The translations under genes were made by a program, and so were the position numbers. Below the pieces are notes generated by a model, which did no database searches, was not told the origin of the DNA, and saw nothing but the letters and a program-made list of their open reading frames with translations. From NCBI GenBank assembly GCA_029907345.1, contig JARYMB010000005.1:5485-69484 (forward strand): a stretch of DNA of 64,000 bases. Direction: 5' to 3'. The number at the start of each line of letters is the position of its first letter. Position 1 is the first letter of the stretch. Of this stretch, positions 45,010-54,834 are shown piece after piece. Source of the DNA: Methanolinea sp. (GTDB lineage Archaea > Halobacteriota > Methanomicrobia > Methanomicrobiales > Methanospirillaceae).

Positions 45010-48000
45010 AGTGGGATTTTCTCTTAATACTGGGCATCGTGGCCTCCCTTCTTGTCATTACGCCATCGGTTTCAGGGGCCTCTACAGAGGTGCATATTGT
45101 CCTGTATGCGGCAGATGGCTATACCGTCCTCAACGAGACAACAGTCGATTACCGGTGGATGGAGCAGCATCTCCCTGTGAGGGGTGATGGGACCACTCAC
45201 TATTATCTCCAGGGGCCGGTCTTCGTAGACAATGCTGAAAAGCGCTGGAACCCGGATGAAGATACCAATGTGCTTGATAAAGATATGGGAGCGGTTAAGG
45301 GAACCGATCTCCGCGACCTCTGTGAGCTGGTCGGTGGTATGGAGCCCGGTGACACGGTCACTCTCCGGGCCTCGGATGGATTCTCAAAGGTCTTTGCCTA
45401 TGAAAATGTCTACGAACCCTCAGCCCGGCAGGGGAGCATGGTCATCACCTGGTACCATGCCAACCAGTCCTATGTCCCCGGCTATGCAGATGGCATGCGG
45501 CTGGTCTTTTTCGCCGACACCTCAACCAACCCGTGGGGCGTCCATGCCATGGGGAACTATGACTGGTATGAATCAGCGACTGAGGAATACTGGTACTATT
45601 ATTCTCAGGAGGGGCAGCTCTACCCGACCACGACTGGTTTGTCGGTGAAATATATTTCGGAGATCCAGATCTGGTCCAGCCGCGAGCCACAGGGATCGAT
45701 CGAGGTAACCTCAGATCCGGCAGGAGCCCGGGTCTATCTTGATGGGGTCGATACAGGCTATGATACCCCCTGCATCATGGATGAGCTCACTGTAGGGTCT
45801 TATTCCCTAACCGTCCGGAAGAACGGATACCTCACCCCGGAAGAACAGGACGCAGAGGTGACAGCCGGGATGACAGTACCTATCAGTTTTAAGCTTGAGC
45901 AGTCTGCCCAAGGTGGCGGGGATTCGGGATCTGGGGACGGAGGAATTGGAGGTTTCATCGCCACTACAGACCAGGCACCCCTGAGCGGTGGCCAGCTGTT
46001 GGGAACGGAGGACTTGCGCGTCAATGGAACGGTCGTCCTTCATCCTTCAGCCACAGCTCCTTTCATGTTCAGGGGTGGAGAAGAACACCTCCTTACCTTT
46101 GATACCAACACGTTCCCCCCCATACATCCTGCCCTGGTCCGCCTCTACCTGTTCCTTGACTCGAGCAATGCTGATCCCGGTGTCGACATCAGACCACAGA
46201 TTCTCGTCTCTGCAGGAACGGAAGAATTCGCCCCTATCCGTTCCTATTCTGAAGAAGGCGACGATGACCGGCTGTATGCGACGACACTGGTGTATAATCT
46301 CATAAAGACGAATGAAAACGGAACATTGATTCTCTCGAATAGGAACGGACCTTCGTGGAATACCACGGTTGTGGGGGCGCTTCTCCTCCTCGGATACGAA
46401 CAGGAGGGAGCAATAGAGACCCGTGCATGGATCTGCGAGGGGGCAGATCTGATCGGAGTGATCCCAGGCCAGGAAACACCAATGACCATGGCCGAGTTCA
46501 GCGGAGATATTCCGGCCGTGGCAAACGGAAATGCCTCCATCATTACCGTTACGACACCCGATTCAGCAGAAGGGAACCTCAGTTTTTATGTCAATGGGAT
46601 GGGGATGCCGGCCAGGCTGATTCCCGGCGACAGCCCGGTTGCGGTGCATGAGGTCTCCGGGTTCCAGGGTCTTATTCAGGCTGGTGTCAGGCTGCACATT
46701 GCGACCAACGGGCTTCCAGTTACGAACAGGGTTGCGGTCCTTTTGACCAGTTTCGAACAACCGTCGCGGGATCTCCCTGATTCCGTCCGGGAGGGGGTCA
46801 CCACGGGGATCCAGCCCACCGGTACCAGAATAATAGGAACTCCCGGCCCAGAACCGGCACATGAGGAAGTAGTGCCGGGCGGAGCGGTCCCAAGAAGCGA
46901 CCCGATTGGAGATTTCCTCTGCTGGCTCCTCAACCTCATCCTAGTGCTGGGAGGCCAGCCTACCGAGCCCTGTCATCCGGGAAGAGGTTCCGTGGTGCCG
47001 GTGCAGGATACAACGGTTTCTTCCGAGGAAAGTTCAGGGCTCTCTGGGGCATTGTCCAGGATACAGGTTTCCTCATCCCCTGATGGTGCGATGGTGATTC
47101 TCGATAATCAGTTTACTGGCTTGGTTACTCCGTGTGGGATTGACATCATGCCGGGCGAAATTCATTCGATACGGATCGCAAAGGACGGTTACCAGCCATT
47201 CGAACAGAACATCACCGGACCCGCAGAGCTGGAAATTATCCTTGTCCCAGTACCTCATCTTTCCGAAGTTTTTGATACTCCTGCACCGGCACCTGCCCGG
47301 TCCCATCATGGGGGAATCTACATCCATTCCTATCCTGAAACAGCAGAGATCAGGATCGATGGAGTAGTCGTTGGGACCAGTTCCCCGGTCCTTATTACCC
47401 CCCTTAAGGAAGGATTCCATACTATCATGGCAGGAATTCCCGCGGGCACCAACAGTTATTCTGCGAGGCAGACGGTCCGGACCTGGGTATTTCCTGATGC
47501 CATTGTCCCCGTCGAGTTCAACCTGATGAATACTGTAACGGCATCTACAATCACCATCACCGGCGATTCCCAGGCAGGTGTACAATTCACGGTGAACGGC
47601 TACTACCCGGTGAAACGAATCCCGGAACGGGTCGAGGTGGCAGGGAATCCGGCTTTTATCACCCTCACCAATGGTTCTTCCTATCTCTCCTTCACTATTC
47701 CGCCAAGCAGCCTCGAGAGCGGGCAGTTTTTCATTCCTTCTGGTGATCCCCTGCTCTGCAATCTCTCAATAGCGAGTGTTCCGGATGGTGCAGAGATCTT
47801 CCTTGACGGCATCCGGACCGGGCTCCTGACTCCTGCGATCATCTCCAATGTTTCGGCCGGATATCACCGTATCTCGCTCACCCAACGAGGCAGAATACCT
47901 GTCACCGAGCTCATCCTTATAGCTGAGAGCCAGTGTTTAATGGGAGACCACTCCGTCCGGTATCCGCTCACATGGTACCCCTCCGGAAGCCTCCGTCTCA

Positions 48001-48188
48001 TCAGTGAGCCCCCCGGGGCGGCAGTCTCCTTCAGGGGCCTGAAGACCGGTGAGATTACTCCGTGTAGCCTGGATAACGTTCCGATAGGTGTGTGGGACGT
48101 CACCTTGACGCAGGACAAGATAAAAAAAGGTATTGATGCAACCGTAGAACCGGGTAAGGCAAGGACCTACTCGGTGGTGTTTGATTGA
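45006..48188 (+). CDS. Large secreted surface protein (1060 aa): A-type domain, unknown central domain and at least five PEGA-like domains
   Basis: Signal peptide MKWDFLLILGIVASLLVITPSVSGA. The A-domain signature is as above. PEGA-like units are present (IEVTSDPAGARVYLDG, VSSSPDGAMVILDN, IHSYPETAEIRIDG, IASVPDGAEIFLDG, LISEPPGAAVSFRG). ATG overlaps the wtpC stop. Confidence 0.85.
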   Translation: MKWDFLLILGIVASLLVITPSVSGASTEVHIVLYAADGYTVLNETTVDYRWMEQHLPVRGDGTTHYYLQGPVFVDNAEKRWNPDEDTNVLDKDMGAVKGTDLRDLCELVGGMEPGDTVTLRASDGFSKVFAYENVYEPSARQGSMVITWYHANQSYVPGYADGMRLVFFADTSTNPWGVHAMGNYDWYESATEEYWYYYSQEGQLYPTTTGLSVKYISEIQIWSSREPQGSIEVTSDPAGARVYLDGVDTGYDTPCIMDELTVGSYSLTVRKNGYLTPEEQDAEVTAGMTVPISFKLEQSAQGGGDSGSGDGGIGGFIATTDQAPLSGGQLLGTEDLRVNGTVVLHPSATAPFMFRGGEEHLLTFDTNTFPPIHPALVRLYLFLDSSNADPGVDIRPQILVSAGTEEFAPIRSYSEEGDDDRLYATTLVYNLIKTNENGTLILSNRNGPSWNTTVVGALLLLGYEQEGAIETRAWICEGADLIGVIPGQETPMTMAEFSGDIPAVANGNASIITVTTPDSAEGNLSFYVNGMGMPARLIPGDSPVAVHEVSGFQGLIQAGVRLHIATNGLPVTNRVAVLLTSFEQPSRDLPDSVREGVTTGIQPTGTRIIGTPGPEPAHEEVVPGGAVPRSDPIGDFLCWLLNLILVLGGQPTEPCHPGRGSVVPVQDTTVSSEESSGLSGALSRIQVSSSPDGAMVILDNQFTGLVTPCGIDIMPGEIHSIRIAKDGYQPFEQNITGPAELEIILVPVPHLSEVFDTPAPAPARSHHGGIYIHSYPETAEIRIDGVVVGTSSPVLITPLKEGFHTIMAGIPAGTNSYSARQTVRTWVFPDAIVPVEFNLMNTVTASTITITGDSQAGVQFTVNGYYPVKRIPERVEVAGNPAFITLTNGSSYLSFTIPPSSLESGQFFIPSGDPLLCNLSIASVPDGAEIFLDGIRTGLLTPAIISNVSAGYHRISLTQRGRIPVTELILIAESQCLMGDHSVRYPLTWYPSGSLRLISEPPGAAVSFRGLKTGEITPCSLDNVPIGVWDVTLTQDKIKKGIDATVEPGKARTYSVVFD

Positions 48189-48189
48189 C

Positions 48190-49443
48190 ATGACTGCAGA
48201 GCGAGGTGTTATGGCATTCTCCCTTTTTTTGGTTGCCGCCTGCAGCATTCCAGCCGTGTCAGGTCTTTCCGGAGATATCAGTCCCAGCATTGTTCAACGG
48301 GGGCCGTTTCTCACGAATATGACAACTGATTCAGTCACTGTCACTTGGTGGACGGAACAACCATGCAGTGGAACAGTCTCGTACAGAGAAACAAACCACC
48401 TGATGAATGGATCGCTTGACCGGATGGTTACCGAAGAGCAATCTTCATTCGTCCATCGCATCAAGCTCACCAATCTCACGCCGAATCAGACCTATGGATA
48501 TACTATTTCCGGGAGCTCTGCGGAGTATACATTCCGGACTTTTCCCATGCACGGGACAATCCGTTTCGTAGTGTATGGTGATACCCGTGAGCAGTTACCG
48601 TGGTGGAACCAGTCGACCCACCATGCACTGGTCGCGGGGCGGATTGCTACGGAACCGGACGTCCTCTTTGTTGTCCATACTGGTGACCTGGTAAATGATC
48701 CAGAAGATGCAGGAGAGTGGGACCGTTTTTTTGCTGCAGCAGAGCCGATGCTTAACCATACCCCGTTCTACCCCGTTACCGGTAACCATGAACAGGATTC
48801 CGAAGTCCTCCAGGAGATCTTTGGAGTTCCTTCCTGGTATGTCATCCAATGCGGGGATGTCCGGGTGGTCGTGCTGGACAGCAATCCCCTATCCCCCCAA
48901 CTGACAGCGTCACAGGACCGTTTTGTTGCCGTAAACCCTGAGAAAAGAGGGACATGGACGTTTGTCGCCCTTCACCACCCGCTCTACAGCGCTGATCCGA
49001 ATCATCCGGGAGGGTTCCTAGATGCCAGGGAACGGTGGGAACCGGTCTTTCGGGAATGGGGCGTCAGCGCGGTGTTCGCTGCTCATGTCCACGCCTATGA
49101 ACATGCCGAGCAGAACGGAATCCACTATTTCACCGTTGCAACGGGTGGAGCACCGTCATACCTACTCTCCCCAGAGAAACCAGAAGGCTATGTAACAGAC
49201 CTTGAGAATACACTCGGGTATGCGATAGTCACTGTGAATAGCACGAATAACTCGGCAGTAATTGAGTTTGTCAAGGTTGCTGATATCAGGGGAGCAGCCA
49301 TTCGATTGGATCCCCCAGGAACTGTTTATGAACGGGTGGTTCTGGATAGAGGACCAGGGGTTACAAACAGAAGGGATAGATCCGGCTTTCCGATCCTTTT
49401 CACATCACATTTGGGTGATAGAAAAATCAACTTGTTAACTTAA
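48190..49443 (+). CDS. Secreted purple-acid-phosphatase-like metallophosphoesterase
   Basis: Signal peptide and an N-terminal FN3-like PAP domain (VTVTWWTEQPCSGTVSY). Metallophosphoesterase motifs YGDTRE, HTGDLVND, GNHE, ALHHPLYS and AAHVHAYEH. The start immediately follows or overlaps the upstream stop (TTG 48181 or ATG 48190). Confidence 0.85.
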   Translation: MTAERGVMAFSLFLVAACSIPAVSGLSGDISPSIVQRGPFLTNMTTDSVTVTWWTEQPCSGTVSYRETNHLMNGSLDRMVTEEQSSFVHRIKLTNLTPNQTYGYTISGSSAEYTFRTFPMHGTIRFVVYGDTREQLPWWNQSTHHALVAGRIATEPDVLFVVHTGDLVNDPEDAGEWDRFFAAAEPMLNHTPFYPVTGNHEQDSEVLQEIFGVPSWYVIQCGDVRVVVLDSNPLSPQLTASQDRFVAVNPEKRGTWTFVALHHPLYSADPNHPGGFLDARERWEPVFREWGVSAVFAAHVHAYEHAEQNGIHYFTVATGGAPSYLLSPEKPEGYVTDLENTLGYAIVTVNSTNNSAVIEFVKVADIRGAAIRLDPPGTVYERVVLDRGPGVTNRRDRSGFPILFTSHLGDRKINLLT

Positions 49444-49536
49444 TCTAGCTAATTTTCACGATAAAAATAGAAACATTCTTAATTTTTGTAATTAAGTGAA
49501 CTTGTTAACATTTTGCAATGGTTAAGGTGAATTGAA

Positions 49537-52500
49537 ATGGCACGAATACTTTGTGAAACGAAATTTCTGTGTATTCTGGTTCTTGCAGCGGTATGCTGTT
49601 GTGTACCAGCAATTGCCGCGGGAACTACCGAAGTGCATGTCGTAAAGTATGCGATCGATGGAATAACCATCATTAACGATACAACGGTCTCGTTCCAGTG
49701 GATGGAAGCGAACCTTCCCATTCACGGCGATGGGGTTACCCATTACTACATGCAAGGGCCGGTAATGAACGAGAGCATCACTGATAAGTGGAATCCTGAA
49801 GAGAATGATCCGGCCATACTAACCAAGGACTTTGGGGCAGTAAAAGGGACAGACGTAAAAGACCTCTGCGATCTAGTCGGAGGGATGGGAGCAGATGATT
49901 TCAATGTCACCCTCAAGGCGTCTGATGGATTCAAAAAGGCCTTTGCCTATTCAAGTGTTTATAATCCACCCGAACGGGCAGGACCGATTATCCTTACGTG
50001 GTACAGGGCTGACCAGGGGTATGTAGACAGCTCGTATTCTACCGGTATTCGAAATGTGATGTTTGCAGACACCATCACGAATCCCTGGGGATACCATGTC
50101 TTTGGACTCTGGGACATGCACGAGGCCTATCCAGAAGCGTTCTGGTATTATTACCAGCCAGGTCAACCGAGCGCAACCGGGCTCTCGGTGCAGAATATCG
50201 ACCGGGTCCTTATTTATACGAATGATCCGGTCCCGCTCAAAGCAGACTTCACCACAAACACGTCCTCAGGTACTGCCCCGCTCACCGTCCAGTTCACGAA
50301 TACTTCAGCAGGAGGACCCACATCCTTTGCGTGGGATTTCAATAACGACGGTATCGTTGATGATACCAGCCAGAATCCGATCTGGACATACACCAATGCA
50401 GGAATTTACACGGTCAACCTAACGATTAGTAATGGGGCGGAATCTGACTCGGAAATTAAGATCGACTTAATAACGGTAAGTGCAGTTCCGGCGACCGTCA
50501 TCTACAATGGCACCGTAACCCTTACCGATGGAAATTTCACCTGGATGGACAGTAGTGGAAGCAGCCATACGATTCCCAATCTCACACCGCACGGCGCTCT
50601 TGAGGAGGCATACCAACAGGATGGATTCACCTATGGAGGAGGTTGGAGTAGTGGAAAATTGACTGCCTTTATCGATTGGGTTGATGACGGGGGCACCAAC
50701 TTTACTTACATTGCTGGCCCGCCAAAGATAACATGGAACTACCAACTAAACGGAGTGTACCAGAATTACAATTCCGCAACCACTGGTGTCAGTAATAAGG
50801 CAATCGGTAACGGAGATCATATTGAGTTCTATTACGGGCCCAACCAGACAACTACGGAAAATGCTACTGCTGTAATCAGGTTGAATATCAACATTCCCCC
50901 TCCGCAACCCAGCATGGACATTCTATTTGACGGTTCTGTTAACCTCACACCCGGTGAGACCTTCAATGTAACCGCTTATAATTCTGGGGTTCTCTATACC
51001 GTGAACCGTACCACCCCCCTCGGTGCGCTCGATAAGGTATCCATTGCCCAGGGCTTCTTTTATAATGTTACTGACAAGCGATGGTCTTCTGATCAGGTAC
51101 TCCTTCTGGACGATGTCAACGGCTATAAACGGAATACTCCCGGGAACTGGTTTGCCTACGTGAACGATGTATATAAGGATGGATACGCGAATCATCCCAA
51201 CGGGTTGAATGTCATCGAACTTGTCAGCGGCGACCAGGTAGATTTTTACTATGCTGCCAATGTCAGCGATAAAAACAACCTTACCGAGACAATCTCCAAG
51301 GCTACTGCAGCAATTAAGATTTCTATAACTATCGAAGGCTCTTCTCCGTCACCCCTCGATTGGAGCCTCTCTCTCAAAGGCGCTCGTGACCAGACTGTGA
51401 CAAAAACCTACTTCGAACAGGGACTTGCCTGCCCTTCGTCAGGCCACATGGTGAACTGGACTGATGCCAGCGGAAGCGTATGGAGCGGAATCCCTCTCTG
51501 GTTACTGGTGGCAATGGTTGACGATAACCCGGATATCGGGCCTGATCACTTCAACTTTAATGACACCCTCGCTGCCCAAGGATACTCCGTTAAAATCACC
51601 GCAGGTGACGGCTTCAATACAACCCTCGCAAGCGCAGATATTGCGCGGAATAATGGGTATATCGTTGCGAACAAGCTGAACGGCACCGATCTCCCGCTTC
51701 TCACACCCGGAGGGAAGCTTAGCTGGCCGCTTCACTTGAAGGGGTCTTCAGTGTTTGGCGGGCAGCAGGTCGGGAATATAACCATGATCGAGCTGACGGG
51801 GATGCCTCAGCCGTCCCAAGGATGGACACTCACCATGGAGGGAGATGTCGTTGATGTCATCTCACAACAATATTTCGAACAGGCTATAGTTTGCCACCAT
51901 AATGTCACGTATACCGATGCGAGTGGCAGCGTATGGACCGGCGTCCCTCTCTGGGATCTAGTTGGTGCCGTCGATGATGTTGAGACTTCCAGTCACTGGA
52001 CGTTCAATGATACCCGGGCAAATGTCAGCGGATATACGGTCCGGGTTATTGCCGGAGATGGCTATAACAGGACATTTGCCAGCCAGAATGTGAGTCATAA
52101 TGACGGGTTCATCGTTGCCAATACATTGAACGGAACCCCGCTATCCGGGACAAACGGGCATCTCAAACTTGTCGGCCCGGCCACTACATCATCCGGTCAG
52201 CGGGTTTCAAATATCACCAGGATTCGTCTTGAAGGGCTTCCATCATACCCATCGGGTGAATACAGCCTCTCTCTGAAAGGAAAGATCACTGACGTGATTC
52301 CCCAGCCTGAGCTGGAGGCGTGGATTGCCTCGAATACCGCAACTTATACCGATGGGAGCGGGAACGAGTATTCCGGTATCCCCCTCTGGCGGCTTCTTGC
52401 ATGGGTCGATGATCGCATTCCTGCAGGGCCAAGTGCGTTCAATGATGACGTTGCAACGGCCGGCTATAAGATCATCGTCAAGGCCGGCGATGGATATTCC

Positions 52501-54660
52501 AAGGAGTTCCTGAGCGGTGCAATCGCTCGGAGCAACGATTATATCGTCGCAAATACCCTGAACGGTAGTGCCCTGCCGACCGGAGGCAGCCATCCACCAT
52601 GGCCTCTCCGCCTTGTCGGTTCGGGGGCAACCGGAGGTAGCAGCGTCGGTAACATCGTTGAGATCGAACTGACTGACTTCGCATCCGTTCAGACCGCAGC
52701 CCCGATCCATATCATAAAGTACGGACCAGATGGGGTCACGATCATCAATGAGACGAATGTGACTCATCAGTGGATGGAAGCAAACCTTGCTGTAATTGGT
52801 GACGGGACAACGGTATACAAGTTCGAGGCAATTACGAATACTCCCGCAAACATCTGGGATCCGGAGGAGACTTACCCCGGCGGATTCAAGATTGCAAATG
52901 CTGTGAAAGGCTCTCGTGTCCGCGATCTCTGTGACCTGGTGGGAGGAATGGGTACCGGAACCGAGATTAAATTTATCGCCAGCGATGGTTATGAGACAAC
53001 GCTCCCCTACTCATCGATCTATACTGACCCGTCAGTGCAGACCCGACAGGGTGATGCGATTCTGGCGTGGTGGAGTGACGGCCAGTATGTGCCCTATTAC
53101 TCAGATGGTATGCGGCTTTTCTTTACACCGGCTGACAGGATCTACGGCCAATGGGACATGAACCAGACATTACCCTCTAACTACCACCACTTCTACTACC
53201 AGGACGGCATATTTTATCCGTCATGTGCAGGATTGTCTGCCAAATATGTCACGACCATTAAGATCTATTCAGAACCTTCTACTGCCTGGACCCTCGACCT
53301 GGATGGCCGTGATATTGGCGGGATTCACACCACTATCAGCAAGACCTATTTCGAACAAGCCCTTGCCTGCCAGTTCGGCGCTAACCATTCTGTAACCTAT
53401 ACCGATAGCAGCGGACGCGAATGGGGAGGCATGCCGCTCTGGTTCCTCTGCGGATTTGTGGACGACTCCGATCAGCATTCGAGCAATGCTTACAATGAGA
53501 CGCAAGCGCTGGGCGGATACAATATCACCATCACCGGCACTGACGGTTACAATTACACATTCGACAGCAGGGACACGATCAGGAATACGAACTACATTGT
53601 CGCAAACACCCTGAATGGAACTCCCATCCCAGACGGCGACTCGAGCTGGCCTCTCCGCATGGTAGGTCAGAATGTCTCCGGCAAGATGGTGGTCAAGAAA
53701 ATCGCTTCGATTAAGCTGGTTTCATTTGAATCCCAGCCACCTGGTGACCGGACCGTCTACCTGGCACCATCATCACTTGCAGTGATAAATGGAACGACAG
53801 CGAACTGTGAAGTGCGGGTGTCCTCCCTCCCAGAAGGTCTTGCTGGGTATGACCTCCAGGTGACGCTCGATACTCCATCCATCGCCGAGATTGTCGGGGT
53901 GCAATATCCCGGCTGGGGGAGCATGAACAACACCACCCCGCTTCCACCAGCTGATTCCCTCCGATTAAGCGGTGTTGATGTTGGCCGACAGGTCGAACCT
54001 GGTGCTGGGAGTACGCTCCTTGCGACTATTACTATTCGGGCGGACAGTCCGGGAACCAGCGGTATAACCATCTCTGCGGTGAACATGGATGCAGATGGTG
54101 GAGAAATGATCACACCTATGGTTACTTCCGGCGAAATCGTGATATACGTCCCGATGGTCGCTGATTTCACTGCAAATGTTACATCTGGAAAAGCTTCCCT
54201 GGCCCGGCCATTGTTCGTGAATTTCACGGATCTCTCATCCGGTGTGCCACCCGGTTCGTCCTGGTTATGGGACTTTGATAACAACGGAGTAGTGGATAGC
54301 ACGCTCCAGAACCCCGTGACCTCGTTCACCAAATCCGGTAATTACACGGTTAAACTTACTGTGCAGAACACCTACAGCTCAGATACTGAAATCAAGGTCG
54401 ATTACATCAGGGTCACTTCATTTGTCAAGCCGTTCCCTGGCCAGACCAATGAACCGACCGATCCGGATGGCGACTACCTGTATAAGGATATCAACGGGAA
54501 TGGCAGGCTTGACTATGATGATGTTGTCATCTACTACGAGAACATGCAGTGGATCCGTGACCAGTTCGATGTCGGTATCGAACCATATGATTACAACGGC
54601 AACGGCCGTATCGACTATGACGATGTCGTTCTCCTCTACTGGGAGGTTTTGGAGAGCTAA
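49537..54660 (+). CDS. Giant secreted multidomain protein (1707 aa)
   Basis: Domain order is signal, A-domain, PKD, 2x DUF4430-like, 3x B-domain, A-domain, B-domain, cohesin-like, PKD, dockerin. PKD: PLTVQFTNTS...WDFNNDG...YTVNLT. DUF4430-like: WNYQLNGVY...GDHIEFYY and WFAYVNDVY...GDQVDFYY. B-repeats: W-x-L-x-L-x-G...TYFEQ...YTDASG..W.G.PLW...DG(F/Y)...IVAN.LNG..L...WPL.L.G. Dockerin: DINGNGRLDYDDVV...DYNGNGRIDYDDVV. Confidence 0.9.
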   Translation: MARILCETKFLCILVLAAVCCCVPAIAAGTTEVHVVKYAIDGITIINDTTVSFQWMEANLPIHGDGVTHYYMQGPVMNESITDKWNPEENDPAILTKDFGAVKGTDVKDLCDLVGGMGADDFNVTLKASDGFKKAFAYSSVYNPPERAGPIILTWYRADQGYVDSSYSTGIRNVMFADTITNPWGYHVFGLWDMHEAYPEAFWYYYQPGQPSATGLSVQNIDRVLIYTNDPVPLKADFTTNTSSGTAPLTVQFTNTSAGGPTSFAWDFNNDGIVDDTSQNPIWTYTNAGIYTVNLTISNGAESDSEIKIDLITVSAVPATVIYNGTVTLTDGNFTWMDSSGSSHTIPNLTPHGALEEAYQQDGFTYGGGWSSGKLTAFIDWVDDGGTNFTYIAGPPKITWNYQLNGVYQNYNSATTGVSNKAIGNGDHIEFYYGPNQTTTENATAVIRLNINIPPPQPSMDILFDGSVNLTPGETFNVTAYNSGVLYTVNRTTPLGALDKVSIAQGFFYNVTDKRWSSDQVLLLDDVNGYKRNTPGNWFAYVNDVYKDGYANHPNGLNVIELVSGDQVDFYYAANVSDKNNLTETISKATAAIKISITIEGSSPSPLDWSLSLKGARDQTVTKTYFEQGLACPSSGHMVNWTDASGSVWSGIPLWLLVAMVDDNPDIGPDHFNFNDTLAAQGYSVKITAGDGFNTTLASADIARNNGYIVANKLNGTDLPLLTPGGKLSWPLHLKGSSVFGGQQVGNITMIELTGMPQPSQGWTLTMEGDVVDVISQQYFEQAIVCHHNVTYTDASGSVWTGVPLWDLVGAVDDVETSSHWTFNDTRANVSGYTVRVIAGDGYNRTFASQNVSHNDGFIVANTLNGTPLSGTNGHLKLVGPATTSSGQRVSNITRIRLEGLPSYPSGEYSLSLKGKITDVIPQPELEAWIASNTATYTDGSGNEYSGIPLWRLLAWVDDRIPAGPSAFNDDVATAGYKIIVKAGDGYSKEFLSGAIARSNDYIVANTLNGSALPTGGSHPPWPLRLVGSGATGGSSVGNIVEIELTDFASVQTAAPIHIIKYGPDGVTIINETNVTHQWMEANLAVIGDGTTVYKFEAITNTPANIWDPEETYPGGFKIANAVKGSRVRDLCDLVGGMGTGTEIKFIASDGYETTLPYSSIYTDPSVQTRQGDAILAWWSDGQYVPYYSDGMRLFFTPADRIYGQWDMNQTLPSNYHHFYYQDGIFYPSCAGLSAKYVTTIKIYSEPSTAWTLDLDGRDIGGIHTTISKTYFEQALACQFGANHSVTYTDSSGREWGGMPLWFLCGFVDDSDQHSSNAYNETQALGGYNITITGTDGYNYTFDSRDTIRNTNYIVANTLNGTPIPDGDSSWPLRMVGQNVSGKMVVKKIASIKLVSFESQPPGDRTVYLAPSSLAVINGTTANCEVRVSSLPEGLAGYDLQVTLDTPSIAEIVGVQYPGWGSMNNTTPLPPADSLRLSGVDVGRQVEPGAGSTLLATITIRADSPGTSGITISAVNMDADGGEMITPMVTSGEIVIYVPMVADFTANVTSGKASLARPLFVNFTDLSSGVPPGSSWLWDFDNNGVVDSTLQNPVTSFTKSGNYTVKLTVQNTYSSDTEIKVDYIRVTSFVKPFPGQTNEPTDPDGDYLYKDINGNGRLDYDDVVIYYENMQWIRDQFDVGIEPYDYNGNGRIDYDDVVLLYWEVLES

Positions 54661-54834
54661 AAAAGAGGATAGGGTTATACCGAGGAATACCGTGCACCAC
54701 CGTAACATTCGACGAAGAATAGGTATTGGGAGACAGTATGGGACAAGACACAATCTCCTAGGGGGAGGGCCGGTTCTGTCCCCTTCAAAACCCTCGCTTC
54801 GTTTTCAGAACCCTCCTCACATAAGGAAAGTTCC

